From Candidatus Multivoradales bacterium (GTDB lineage: Bacteria; Acidobacteriota; Thermoanaerobaculia; Multivoradales; JAHEKO01), in NCBI GenBank assembly GCA_965223855.1, contig CBDCXM010000009.1:2432001-2496000 (forward strand): 64,000 nucleotides of DNA. Reading direction: 5' to 3'. Positions 48,941-58,491 of the stretch are shown here, piece by piece. The number at the start of each line of letters is the position of its first letter. The first letter of the stretch is position 1. Both the position numbers and the translations under genes were made by a program. The notes under the pieces are model-generated. The model searched no databases. It saw only the letters and a list, made by a program, of their open reading frames with translations, and was not told the origin of the DNA.

Positions 48941-50161
48941 GTGCACGAGACCGACCCAACGAACGAATCCCCCCTCGCCGGCCTGCGCGTCATCGAGATG
49001 ACGGAAGCGTTGGCGGGTCCCTACTGCGCGATGATGCTCGGGGATCTGGGAGCCGACGTCATCAAGATCGAGCGCCTCGGCGAGGGTGACCAGTCGCGCA
49101 AGTGGGGGCCGCCCTTCCTCGAGGGAGAGAGCGCCTACTTCCTCTCCGTCAACCGCAACAAGCGCAGCCTCGAGCTCGACGTCAAGGACGCCGAAGATGC
49201 GGGCGTACTGCAAAGGCTGCTGGCGACCGCCGACGTCTTCGTCACCAACAATCCAAGGCGTGCTTCTCTCGAGCGCCTCGGACTCGACGCCGGGTCGCTG
49301 CGGCGACGCTTCCCGGCGCTCGTCCATGTCGCGATCTCGGGCTACGGTCACTCCGGGCCCAAGGCGGGGCGGGCGGGCTACGACCTGATCGCCCAGGGAG
49401 AGGCGGGTCTCATGGCGCTCACCGGCGCCGAGTCCGACGGGCCGATGCGGTTCCCGACCGCGATGGCGGACATCAGCGCCGGGGTCTACGCCACCCTCGG
49501 GGCGTTGGCGGCGCTCTATCGGCGCGATCGATCGGGCGGCAGCGGTGAGGGAGCCGCGATCGACGTTTCCCTGCTCGACAGTCAGGTTGCGTGGCTCGCC
49601 AACATCGGCAGCACCTGCCTCGCGACCGGGGAGCGGCCGGTGAAGATCGGCAACCTTCACCCGACGATCACTCCGTACCAGCCGATGCGCGCCCGCGATG
49701 GCGACCTGATCGTCGCGGTCGGCACCGACCGGCTCTGGCGGCGCTTCTGCGAGGTGCTGGAGATCTCCGGCTCGGTGGGCGCCGACGAGCGGTTCGCCAC
49801 GAATCCCGGGCGCAACGAGCATCGCGAGACGCTGATCCCTCTGCTCGAAGAGCGCCTCGCGCGCAGAGATGCCGCCGAGTGGGTCGAGGCTCTCGTCGCC
49901 GCCGACGTGCCGGCGGGGCCGATCCTCTTTCCCGATCAGACCTTGCAGGAGCCGCAGGTTCTGGCCCGCGGGATGGTGGTCGAGCTGGAGCACCCGTTGA
50001 TCGGCACGGTGCGATCGATCGGCAACCCGATCCACATGAACGACGGGCCGACCTACCGCCGGCATCCGCCGCGACTCGGAGAGCACAACGAGGAACTGAG
50101 AGCGGAACTGGAGGCAACTTCGGACGAGGCGCCGCGTATCAGGGGCAGGAGGACACGATGA
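48941..50161 (+). CDS. CaiB/BaiF family III CoA-transferase
   Basis: PLAGLRVIE, AGPYC..LGDLGADVIKIE, NRNKRS, GYDLIAQ, AD..AG, PPRLGEH. Confidence 0.95.
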   Translation: MHETDPTNESPLAGLRVIEMTEALAGPYCAMMLGDLGADVIKIERLGEGDQSRKWGPPFLEGESAYFLSVNRNKRSLELDVKDAEDAGVLQRLLATADVFVTNNPRRASLERLGLDAGSLRRRFPALVHVAISGYGHSGPKAGRAGYDLIAQGEAGLMALTGAESDGPMRFPTAMADISAGVYATLGALAALYRRDRSGGSGEGAAIDVSLLDSQVAWLANIGSTCLATGERPVKIGNLHPTITPYQPMRARDGDLIVAVGTDRLWRRFCEVLEISGSVGADERFATNPGRNEHRETLIPLLEERLARRDAAEWVEALVAADVPAGPILFPDQTLQEPQVLARGMVVELEHPLIGTVRSIGNPIHMNDGPTYRRHPPRLGEHNEELRAELEATSDEAPRIRGRRTR

Positions 50162-50358
50162 CGACCTTTCTACTTTGGCTTCTGCTGCTGATCGTCTGCT
50201 GGCCGGCGGCTTTGCTGGCGCTGGTGCTCTATCCGCTGGTCTGGTTGCTCCTGTTGCCGTTCCGGCTGGTCGGGCTGGCGGTGGACGGCGTCTTCAGCTT
50301 TCTCGGAGCGCTCATCCGTCTGCCCGCCAGACTCCTGGCCGGGCCGCAGCGCGCCTGA
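50158..50358 (+). CDS. Small hydrophobic membrane protein (66 aa)
   Basis: AGGAGG RBS; ATGA overlap; MTTFLLWLLLLIVCWPAALLALVLYPLVWLLLLPFRLVG... Confidence 0.75.
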   Translation: MTTFLLWLLLLIVCWPAALLALVLYPLVWLLLLPFRLVGLAVDGVFSFLGALIRLPARLLAGPQRA

Positions 50359-50432
50359 TCTCCCCTCGCTCGGCTTCCGGGTCTGCGCCGCCGCTCTGAC
50401 ACAATCGGCGCCGTCCGGAGCGGAGGAGTGCG

Positions 50433-51758
50433 ATGATGAAGAAGAGAGGCTTGCGGGCGCTGACCTGCGTCGTCGTCGCGTCGGTCTGGTGGCCGGCGAT
50501 GGAGGCGGATGGCCAGGAGGCGCGGCGCCGCTGGGAGCGGATGAACCAGATCCGCGCCGAGAAGTTCGACCGTGTGTTGCCCGAGGCGATGCGCGAGAAC
50601 GGCGTCGACATGTGGATCACCATGATCCGCGAGGCCAACTACGGCAATCTGTGGCCGGACTTCGGGTTCGGCTACGCCTCGACCGACGGGTACTACGTCT
50701 TTACCGACCGGGGGGGAGACCGGATCGAGCGCGCGGCGCTGGGCATCAGCGGCTACATGATCGAGCAAAGCGGCGCCTACGATCTGTTTCTGGGCGCCGA
50801 CGCCCTGGCCGACTTCGTTGCCGAGCGGGATCCACAGACCATCGCGCTCAACATGAGCCGCGCGATCGGACCGCTCGACACCCTGTCCCACACCGGTTTC
50901 GAGCAGATCGTCGAGACCCTGGGCGAGCCCTGGGCATCGCGGATCGTCTCTGCCGAGAAGCTCGCTTCGGACTTCCGGTCGCGTCGCGTCGCCAGCGAAG
51001 TCGCTGCCTTCGCCGAGGCCGGTGAGATCTCGCGCGAACTCGCCGAGCGAGCGTTGTCGAACGAGGTCATCGAGCCCGGCGTGACCCGCCTCGAGGAGGT
51101 CGCGTGGTGGCTCCGGGACCGGCTCCTCGAGCGCGGCCTCGACTCCTCGTTCGGCATGCCGTCGATCTACGTCACCGGCCCGGACGGCATCGTCGCGATC
51201 TCCGACTCGACGGTTCTCCAGCGGGGAGACGTCGTGATGATCGACTGGGGTGTCGGCTTCCTGAACCTCTACACCGACATGAAGCGGATCGCCTATCTGC
51301 TTCAGGAGGGGGAGACCGAGGCCCCCGACTCGATTCAGCACGCCTTCGACCGCGCCCGGGAGGCGCGATCGGTCGTCAAGGGCGCGATTCGAGCCGGTGT
51401 CACCGCCGGCGAAGCCGAGGAAGCCGTCTACGCGGCGCTCGAAGCGGCCGGATTCGTGCGGATCGACTTCAACCAGCCGACGGAGGATCCGGCGACGACC
51501 GATGTCGTCATCGGCTGCCATTCGGTCGGCAATTCGGGCCACGGGAGCGGCCCGTCGGTCGCCTTCTTCAACCCGGTGAGACGTGGCTACATGCTGCATC
51601 CGACGAATCTGCTGTCGATCGAGCTCTTCGCCTACACGGCGATCCCCGAGTGGGGGGGCAGGAAGCTGCGCGTCCCGCTGGAGGACGACGCCGTGCTCAC
51701 GCAGCGGGGGATGGAGTGGCTCTATCCCGCGAACGATCGCATCCTGCTGGTGCGATGA
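50433..51758 (+). CDS. Secreted M24 (Xaa-Pro) metallopeptidase
   Basis: Pita-bread ligand pattern IDWG, TDMKR, HSVG..GH, IELF, LEDD; signal peptide. Confidence 0.85.
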   Translation: MMKKRGLRALTCVVVASVWWPAMEADGQEARRRWERMNQIRAEKFDRVLPEAMRENGVDMWITMIREANYGNLWPDFGFGYASTDGYYVFTDRGGDRIERAALGISGYMIEQSGAYDLFLGADALADFVAERDPQTIALNMSRAIGPLDTLSHTGFEQIVETLGEPWASRIVSAEKLASDFRSRRVASEVAAFAEAGEISRELAERALSNEVIEPGVTRLEEVAWWLRDRLLERGLDSSFGMPSIYVTGPDGIVAISDSTVLQRGDVVMIDWGVGFLNLYTDMKRIAYLLQEGETEAPDSIQHAFDRAREARSVVKGAIRAGVTAGEAEEAVYAALEAAGFVRIDFNQPTEDPATTDVVIGCHSVGNSGHGSGPSVAFFNPVRRGYMLHPTNLLSIELFAYTAIPEWGGRKLRVPLEDDAVLTQRGMEWLYPANDRILLVR

Positions 51759-53497
51759 CGGCGCAGGCGGCGACCAGGCGGCGCGTCGCTGCCGGTACCG
51801 GGCCGACTCTCCCGGCGTTGCTGCTGCTGACACTGATGTCGTCGGTGAGCTCCGCTGAAACGGAGGCGCCGACGCTGCGCGACGACGGCCCGTGGGTGGT
51901 TCGGATCGCCGACTGGACCGAGTCGGGACTCGAAGGGGTGCGGGCCCGTTTCGATCACATCGGCGTCGACGCCGCGACGGGCGCCCTGCGCTTCGTCGTC
52001 GACAGGGCGCTGGATCGTGATCTGCTGCTCGCCACCGGCTGGACGCTCGAGCTCGAACTCGAGGAGACCGAGCGACTCCGCTGGATCGAAGCTCAGTTCG
52101 CCGCCGGCCACTCGCTGCGCCAGATCCCGGGGTTCGAGTGCTACCGCACGGTCGAGGAGACGCTAGCGACCGGAGCGCAGCTCGCGCTCGACTACCCGGA
52201 TCTCGCGACCTGGACCGATCTCGGTGACAGTTGGGAGAAGCAGTTTCCCGGGCACGGCGGCCCCGGCTACGACCTGATGGTGCTGAAACTGACCCAGGCC
52301 GCCGTGGCGGGGCCGAAGCCCGACCTGATGCTCGTCGGCGCGCTGCATGCCCGTGAGTACGCGACGGCGGAACTCGTGACGCGCTTCGCGGAGGCGCTCG
52401 TGGCGGGGTACGGCGTCGATCCCGACCTGACCTGGATCCTCGACCACCACGAGATTCATCTCGTGCTGCAGGCGAACCCCGACGGGCGCAAGCGGGCGGA
52501 GAGCGGTCTCTCGTGGCGTAAGAACGCCAACGACGACTTCTGCAGCGGCACGAACGATCGGGGTATCGACCTGAACCGCAACTTCGACTTTCAGTGGGGA
52601 TGCTGTGGCGGCTCGAGCGGCGATCCGTGTCAGATCACCTTCCGCGGACCGTCGGCACGCTCCGAGCCCGAGGCGATCGTGCTGATGGACTACATGGACT
52701 CGATCTTCGCCGACCAGCGGCCGGACGATCTGACGACCCCCGCTCCGCCGGACGCCGAGGGCATCTACATCGACGTGCACTCGTTCGGCGAGGTTTTCCT
52801 GTCCTCCTGGGGCTTCACGACGGCCGATCCTCCCAACGCCGCCGCATTGCTGACCCTCGGTCGCAAGTACTCGTTCTTCCCCGCCTACACGGCTGTACTC
52901 GGCAGCCTCGGCACGGTCGACGGAGCCACCAAGGACTACGCGTACGGTCGGCTCGGTGTGCCGGGCTACACCGCGGAGCTGGGGACGAGCTTCTTCCAGG
53001 ACTGCACGACCTTCGAGAACGAGATCGTTCCCGGCAATCTGCCGGCGCTGACCCAGATCGCCAAGAGCGTCCGAGCTCCCTACACGATCCCCTCCGGCCC
53101 AGACGCGATCGATCCGCAGGTCACCGTCACTCCTGACGGCCTGACGGCGACGGTCACCGCGACGATCGACGACACCCGCTACAGCACTCCCTCCGAGCCC
53201 CGGCAGCCGATCGATACTGCCGAGCTCTACCTCGACGCTCCGCCGTGGGACGGCGGGCTGCCGATGACGATGTCTCCGGCCGACGGAGGGTTCGACGAGA
53301 CGATCGAGCCGGTCGAGCTGACGGTGGACCTCACCGGTGTCGGCTCCGGCCGTCACCTCGTCTACCTCCGCGGCCGCGATGCGGCCGGCAACTGGGGGGC
53401 GTTCAGCGCCCGTTTCGTGGACATCGACTCGCAGCCCGTCTTTGCCGACGGATTCGAGTCGGGTGACACCTCCGCCTGGTCGGCGACGGTACCGTGA
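51755..53497 (+). CDS. Secreted M14 zinc carboxypeptidase with Ig-like domain and C-terminal VFADGFESGDTSAW tag
   Basis: HARE, NPDGR, WRKN, GIDLNRNF, SEPE, DVHSF, YTAELG; ATGA overlap. Confidence 0.92.
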   Translation: MTAQAATRRRVAAGTGPTLPALLLLTLMSSVSSAETEAPTLRDDGPWVVRIADWTESGLEGVRARFDHIGVDAATGALRFVVDRALDRDLLLATGWTLELELEETERLRWIEAQFAAGHSLRQIPGFECYRTVEETLATGAQLALDYPDLATWTDLGDSWEKQFPGHGGPGYDLMVLKLTQAAVAGPKPDLMLVGALHAREYATAELVTRFAEALVAGYGVDPDLTWILDHHEIHLVLQANPDGRKRAESGLSWRKNANDDFCSGTNDRGIDLNRNFDFQWGCCGGSSGDPCQITFRGPSARSEPEAIVLMDYMDSIFADQRPDDLTTPAPPDAEGIYIDVHSFGEVFLSSWGFTTADPPNAAALLTLGRKYSFFPAYTAVLGSLGTVDGATKDYAYGRLGVPGYTAELGTSFFQDCTTFENEIVPGNLPALTQIAKSVRAPYTIPSGPDAIDPQVTVTPDGLTATVTATIDDTRYSTPSEPRQPIDTAELYLDAPPWDGGLPMTMSPADGGFDETIEPVELTVDLTGVGSGRHLVYLRGRDAAGNWGAFSARFVDIDSQPVFADGFESGDTSAWSATVP

Positions 53498-54423
53498 GCG
53501 GGAGCATGGTGGAGCCGATCCCGGGAGGCGGTCGTCTGCGCACCGGCCTTGCCGGCGCGGGATCGCTGCGGTGGGTCGCCGCGGACCTGACCCTCCCTCT
53601 CGAGGAGGGACGGAGGAGACTCGACCTGTCACCGCTGTCCGCGGTCGCGCTCGGACGAGCGCTGGCCGGTGCCGTGCTGGTGAGGCGGATCGCGCTCAAG
53701 GTTCCTTCTCGGGTCACTCTGGAGGTTCGCGGTGACGGCAGCCTGACGAAGGTCCTGGCCGAGGCGAGCGTCGGCGGCGCGGTGCGGGGCATCGTGAGCC
53801 CGGCGCGGCTGCCGACTCCAGAGGACGGATCGATGCGGCTGGCCCCCTGGGTCGGCTCGGGGACGCTCCGGGTCACGCGGGAAGGGACGGATCGAAGGTA
53901 CTCGAGCGAGGTCGAGCTGGTGTCGGGCGAGATAGGGCTCGACCTGGCGCACTACCTGGAGCAGAGCGAGCAGATCCGCTCGGCGGTGTTGGTCGGCGTG
54001 CTCCCGGCTTCGACCGGGATCGCTGCGGCAGGAGGGCTGATCGTGGAGGCTCTGCCCGGCACCGACAGCGAAGCGCTGTCGAGGCTGGAGGCCAATCTGC
54101 GCGGTTTCGAAGGCCTCAGCCATCTCCTCGAAACTGGGGGACTGGCGGCAGTCGAAAGGGCAGCCTTCGAGGGCTTCGAAGTCGAGCAGCTCGAAGAGTC
54201 GCCGCTCGAGTACCACTGCGACTGCAGTCGCGAGAGACTAGGCGCCCAGCTTGCCGTCCTGGCGCGCCGCGACTCGGACGCGTTGTACGAAGAGGATGGA
54301 GTCTGCCGCGCGGAATGCGCCTTCTGCGCCGAGCGTTACGAGTTCACGGCGGACGAGCTGGCGGGGAAGGCGGCAGGACAGCCCTCCTCACAAACCCGAG
54401 AGAGCCAGGAGGAGTTGCCATGA
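53494..54423 (+). CDS. hslO: Hsp33 redox-regulated chaperone
   Basis: SGEIGLDLAHYLEQSEQIRS, AAGGLIVEALPG, CDC...CAFC zinc centre. Confidence 0.93.
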   Translation: MSGSMVEPIPGGGRLRTGLAGAGSLRWVAADLTLPLEEGRRRLDLSPLSAVALGRALAGAVLVRRIALKVPSRVTLEVRGDGSLTKVLAEASVGGAVRGIVSPARLPTPEDGSMRLAPWVGSGTLRVTREGTDRRYSSEVELVSGEIGLDLAHYLEQSEQIRSAVLVGVLPASTGIAAAGGLIVEALPGTDSEALSRLEANLRGFEGLSHLLETGGLAAVERAAFEGFEVEQLEESPLEYHCDCSRERLGAQLAVLARRDSDALYEEDGVCRAECAFCAERYEFTADELAGKAAGQPSSQTRESQEELP

Positions 54424-55127
54424 TCCGAAGAATGCTGCCCGTCGCGGCGATGTTGATCGCCGCGGCTAGCGTCGCCGGTGCGTCAGAGAAGCAGGCAAAG
54501 AAGCTCGACGCCTCGCGCGAGGCCTTCCTCCGTCTGATGGAGATCGACGATCGCGGCGTGCCCGAGCGCCTCGTCGATCAGGCGAGCTGCATCGCGATCC
54601 TGCCCAAGGTGGTCAAGGGTGCCTTCGTCTGGGGTGGCCGGCGTGGCCACGGTGTGATGAGCTGCCGCAACGAGGAGTCGGTCTGGAGCCCGCCGGCCTT
54701 TGTCAAGATCACCGGCGGGAGCTTCGGTCTGCAGGCCGGGGCGCAGGTGACCGATCTCGTCCTGTTCTTCATGAACGAGAAGGGGGCGCGGTCGATGATG
54801 CGCTCGAAGTTCCTGCTCGGGGGAGACGTGACCGTCGCCGCCGGGCCGGTCGGCCGAGCCGCGGAGGCCGGCACGGACCTGCGCTTCAACGCCGAGATCT
54901 ACGCCTACGCGCGCTCGCGGGGTCTGTTCGCGGGTCTTTCGGTCGAAGGGGCGCAACTCTCCGTGTACCAGCGCTGGGTCGAGGCCTACTACGGCGAGCG
55001 CTTGTGGCCGGAAGACGTCCTCTTCGAGCACGAGGTTCCCAGGCTACCTCCCGAGGCGAAGACTTTCCTCAGCGTTCTGCCCGATCCGCCGAGGCCGGTC
55101 GCGGACGCGCCTGCCTCGCAGGACTGA
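54420..55127 (+). CDS. Lipid-binding SYLF (Ysc84/DUF500) domain protein, exported
   Basis: KGAFVWGG..G.GVMSCR, WSPPAF, GGSFGLQAG, VAAGPVGR, YARSRGLFAGLSVEG. Confidence 0.92.
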   Translation: MIRRMLPVAAMLIAAASVAGASEKQAKKLDASREAFLRLMEIDDRGVPERLVDQASCIAILPKVVKGAFVWGGRRGHGVMSCRNEESVWSPPAFVKITGGSFGLQAGAQVTDLVLFFMNEKGARSMMRSKFLLGGDVTVAAGPVGRAAEAGTDLRFNAEIYAYARSRGLFAGLSVEGAQLSVYQRWVEAYYGERLWPEDVLFEHEVPRLPPEAKTFLSVLPDPPRPVADAPASQD

Positions 55128-55141
55128 AGCCGGCAGCTGCC

Positions 55142-55585
55142 GTGTTCGGTTGGTCTCCGCAGCCCTCGCGGGAGGGACGACACCTCGTTCTCTTCGACGG
55201 CTACTGTGGGCTGTGCGACCGGGCCGTGAGCTTCCTGCTGCGGCGCGACCGGCACGGGGTGCTGACCTATGCGCCGCTGCAGGGGGAGACTGGGCTCGCG
55301 GTACGGCAGCGATTCGAAGTTTCCGAAGCGCTCGATTCGATGCTGTTCGTCGAGGATCACGGCACTCCGGAGGCGCGCCTTCACGTCCGTTCTGGCGGGG
55401 CGCTGCAGGCTCTCGCGAAGATCGGCGGGCCGTGGCGCTGGTTGTCCGCTCCCTTTCGGCTGGTCCCTCGCCCGCTCAGAGACGCGATCTACGAGTTCGT
55501 CGCCAAGCGGCGGCTCCTCTGGTTCGGCACGCTCGACACCTGCCGGGTGCCGAGCGTCGAAGAGCGGGATCGCTTCCTGCCCTGA
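55142..55585 (+). CDS. DCC1-like thiol-disulfide oxidoreductase (DUF393)
   Basis: LFDGYCGLC, YAPLQ, LRDAIYEFVAKRR..WFG..C, RFL. Confidence 0.9.
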   Translation: MFGWSPQPSREGRHLVLFDGYCGLCDRAVSFLLRRDRHGVLTYAPLQGETGLAVRQRFEVSEALDSMLFVEDHGTPEARLHVRSGGALQALAKIGGPWRWLSAPFRLVPRPLRDAIYEFVAKRRLLWFGTLDTCRVPSVEERDRFLP

Positions 55586-55611
55586 CCCGAGTCCATCGGG
55601 AGGAGCACCCC

Positions 55612-55652
55612 GGGGGCCTGCTGAGGAACTCTCGAGTTCTTCAGCAGACCCC
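55612..55652. terminator. Stem-loop between convergent genes
   Basis: GGGGGC-CTGCTGAGGAACT-CTCG-AGTTCTTCAGCAG-ACCCC near-perfect hairpin; no U-tract. Confidence 0.55.
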
Positions 55653-56530
55653 TAGAAGGTGACGACCAGTGCGGTCGTCACAACGGTATCGAGATCGTCG
55701 AGGACGAACGTCGCGACGTCCCCGGTCGGCGTGCCGTCGGCAAACTCGAGGGGGAGGACCCCGAGGGCCGGCAGATTGTCGTAGAGCATCTTCACGCCTA
55801 CCTTGAGAGCCAGCTTTTCGCTCATCGAAACCGCGAGGGAGTTGAGGAAGTCGGCCCGCCAGTCCTCGCTCTCGGCGAGGTTCTGGTTGAAGACCAGGGT
55901 GCTGCCGAATCGCGTTGCCCTGCCGAGCGAGCGACCGTAGTCGTAGGAGAGACGGAGGCCGAGAAAGGCGTCGTCGAGACCGGGAGCGGGCACCAGGTCG
56001 TCCTGCGAGGTGTAGGTCACGCCGTAGTCGGTCTTGAAGTGAGAGCTTTCGTCTTCCCACCACAGATGACCGAGGCCGCCGAGGCCGACGACACGCTCGC
56101 TGAACCCGGCGAACTCATTGCGCTCCCAGGTGAGGCCGGCGTACCAGAAGACCCGGTCGGAGAGCTGCCGGTCGTAGCGGGCTCCCCAGGCGTAGTTCTC
56201 GGCGGTGAGCTCGGTGGAGGACGTCTCGTCGACGACGAAGTCGTCCGGCGACGTCCCGACCGCCCTTCGAGCCGTCGTAGTGCTCTCGGCACGCAGCCCG
56301 TTGGCGGTGAGGGTCAGCGAGGCGTCCTCCATCGTCCTGACAAACGCGGCGGCCAGGCCGAGCGTGTCGGTCTCCGAGTTGCCGCTGGTGGAGACGAGGC
56401 TGAACTCGGCACTCTTCGCCCAACCGAGCTTCGTCTCCTCCTCCTGGCTGTGTGCCGCCGACACCGCCAGCAGCGGCAGAACTACGCCGTAGCAGAGGGC
56501 GGCGCAGGCCGCCCGTCCATGAGTTCCCAT
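55652..56530 (-). CDS. DUF481/YdiY-like outer-membrane beta-barrel
   Basis: GGAGGAG RBS; signal peptide; TSGNSET, TAENY, amphipathic strands; C-terminal Phe (LVVTF). Confidence 0.85.
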   Translation of the reverse strand: MGTHGRAACAALCYGVVLPLLAVSAAHSQEEETKLGWAKSAEFSLVSTSGNSETDTLGLAAAFVRTMEDASLTLTANGLRAESTTTARRAVGTSPDDFVVDETSSTELTAENYAWGARYDRQLSDRVFWYAGLTWERNEFAGFSERVVGLGGLGHLWWEDESSHFKTDYGVTYTSQDDLVPAPGLDDAFLGLRLSYDYGRSLGRATRFGSTLVFNQNLAESEDWRADFLNSLAVSMSEKLALKVGVKMLYDNLPALGVLPLEFADGTPTGDVATFVLDDLDTVVTTALVVTF

Positions 56531-56663
56531 GAGATTCTCCTCCAGATGATCGTGTCCCGCCCGCCCGACAGGGTCGGCGCGGCGGCGACCGGGTTCCTCG
56601 TGCTTGGACCGCTTCGCGGGCGCGAAGTCACGCCCTCGCCGTGTCAGGCGGATCGATGCTCCC

Positions 56664-58385
56664 TCAGCCCTCGAGCACCATGCGCTCGCGCAGTTTCTCG
56701 GCGGCCGGCGAGAACGGAGCGTGGGTGAGGATCTTCTGGATGCCGGCGACGGCCTTCGCCGCGTCCCCGACCGTCTGGTAGAGAACCACCTCGCCGTAGA
56801 GATCTTCTGCCAGATGATCGAGCCGCTCGGCGACGACCGTGGCGGCGCTTCCCTCGGGGTAGTTCGTGAGGTAGGCCGCTCCGATTTCGAGGCGGTCGAA
56901 CGAGTCGGCCAGCCTGGCGAGCCTCTCGCTCGCCAGGGTCGCCACCTCCGGATCGGCTTCTGCCGACAGCCGCTCGAGCGCGGCGAGGTCGTCGAGCCGC
57001 TTCGACAGCACGACCAGACCGCGCTGCGCACGCTGCCCCTGCTCGCTCTGAGGCGCCGATCTCCACGCCTCGAGGAAGCAGCCGACCGCCTCTCCCTGCC
57101 GCGACAGCCGGCTGTAGGCCTCACCCAGCTCGAGGGCGACTCGAGAGGCGAACTCGCTCTCCGGATAGTTGCTCGAGAAGGTCTCGAGGAACTCCGTCTG
57201 ATAGACGCCGGCCTGGAGAACCTCCACCGCCCTCGGGTAGAGCTCCTGGCGAATAGCGGCGAACGACTCGTTCTCGTCGACCAGGGTGGCGATCAGAGAA
57301 CTCGACGGGGAGAGCGCCTCGAGATCGTCGATCTCCCGGCGATAGCTGGCGATGAGGTGCGAATAGTCGCGCTCCAGCTCCGGTCTCTCCCTCTCCCGGT
57401 CCCGAAGAGCGTGCAGCTTGTCGAGTCGGATTGCGTCCGCCGCGTCGCCGATCGGCCAGGTGTGGAGGGCCACCGTGCGGGCGTAATCCAGTGCCTCGGT
57501 CTCGAGCTTCTCCCCTTCGGCCCAGTCGAGCAGCACGCGCTGGGTCGAGGCGCGCAGTCGGTCGGCGTCGGGTCGCTCGGTCGCCGGCAGGAGCGAGTCG
57601 CGCCGGATCTCGGCGCTGCGCACGCGCTGCTCGAAGAAGGGGTGCGTCCGCCAGTAGCCGAACTCCTGCGTCTGAGGGATGTGAACCTGCATCTTGTTCA
57701 TCAGACTCGCCGTGCCGCGGGGGTCGTAGCCGGCCAGCGAGGCGAGCCGCTGGCCGGTAGCGTCGGCCTCGTCCTCGAACTCGCGGCTGTAGCTGCGCAG
57801 CAGAAGTTCGCTGGTGACGAGGCTGGCCGCCGCGGCACCCTGCACGCGGCTGGCGGAGGTGTCGTCGCGAGCGTAGGGGTCGTAGTAGGGGTCGTTGCGC
57901 TGCTCGCGCGAGCGGCTGACTTCGTTGGCGAGCACGCCGATGACGAGCGCCTGACCGAGCACGTTGAGAAGGCGGGCCTTCTTCTGGGTGCGGATGCCGT
58001 GGCGCTCGATGACGTGGGCGATCTCGTGACCGAGCAGATTGGCGAGCTCGTCGTCGTCGAGATCGAGGCGCAGCATGCCGCGGGTCAGGAAGATGTGTCC
58101 TCCCGGGAGGGCGAAGGCGTTCGGCACCGGCATGTCGACGAGATGAAAGGCGAACGGGAAGTCACGGAAGCCCGAAACCTCGACCAGCTCGAAGCCGATA
58201 CGGGTGACTCGCCGCAGTTCCTCGTCGTCCTCGAGAGCGCCGTAGAACTCCAGTGCCTGGCGGGCGAAGTCGAAGCTCTGCCGGAAGAGACGCGGATCGC
58301 TGATCGTCTGAGCGGACGATGCAGTCGGTGCCGCGATGGCGACGATCAGGGTCGCTACGCACAGATGGAGGAGGCGAGGAGACAT
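56664..58385 (-). CDS. M48 family metalloprotease with C-terminal TPR (BepA-like)
   Basis: PNAFALPGG, ELANLLGHEIAH, YSREFEDEAD, AGYDP, THP...R; signal peptide. Confidence 0.9.
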   Translation of the reverse strand: MSPRLLHLCVATLIVAIAAPTASSAQTISDPRLFRQSFDFARQALEFYGALEDDEELRRVTRIGFELVEVSGFRDFPFAFHLVDMPVPNAFALPGGHIFLTRGMLRLDLDDDELANLLGHEIAHVIERHGIRTQKKARLLNVLGQALVIGVLANEVSRSREQRNDPYYDPYARDDTSASRVQGAAAASLVTSELLLRSYSREFEDEADATGQRLASLAGYDPRGTASLMNKMQVHIPQTQEFGYWRTHPFFEQRVRSAEIRRDSLLPATERPDADRLRASTQRVLLDWAEGEKLETEALDYARTVALHTWPIGDAADAIRLDKLHALRDRERERPELERDYSHLIASYRREIDDLEALSPSSSLIATLVDENESFAAIRQELYPRAVEVLQAGVYQTEFLETFSSNYPESEFASRVALELGEAYSRLSRQGEAVGCFLEAWRSAPQSEQGQRAQRGLVVLSKRLDDLAALERLSAEADPEVATLASERLARLADSFDRLEIGAAYLTNYPEGSAATVVAERLDHLAEDLYGEVVLYQTVGDAAKAVAGIQKILTHAPFSPAAEKLRERMVLEG

Positions 58386-58491
58386 TGTGCGGAAGAAAAG
58401 TTGCGAAAAGCGTGCCACGAACGGGTGCGCCGTTCGCGAGCCGAGCCCTGTGATACCTTGCCCGACGCCTTTCGACAAGGAGTTGAGCGTG

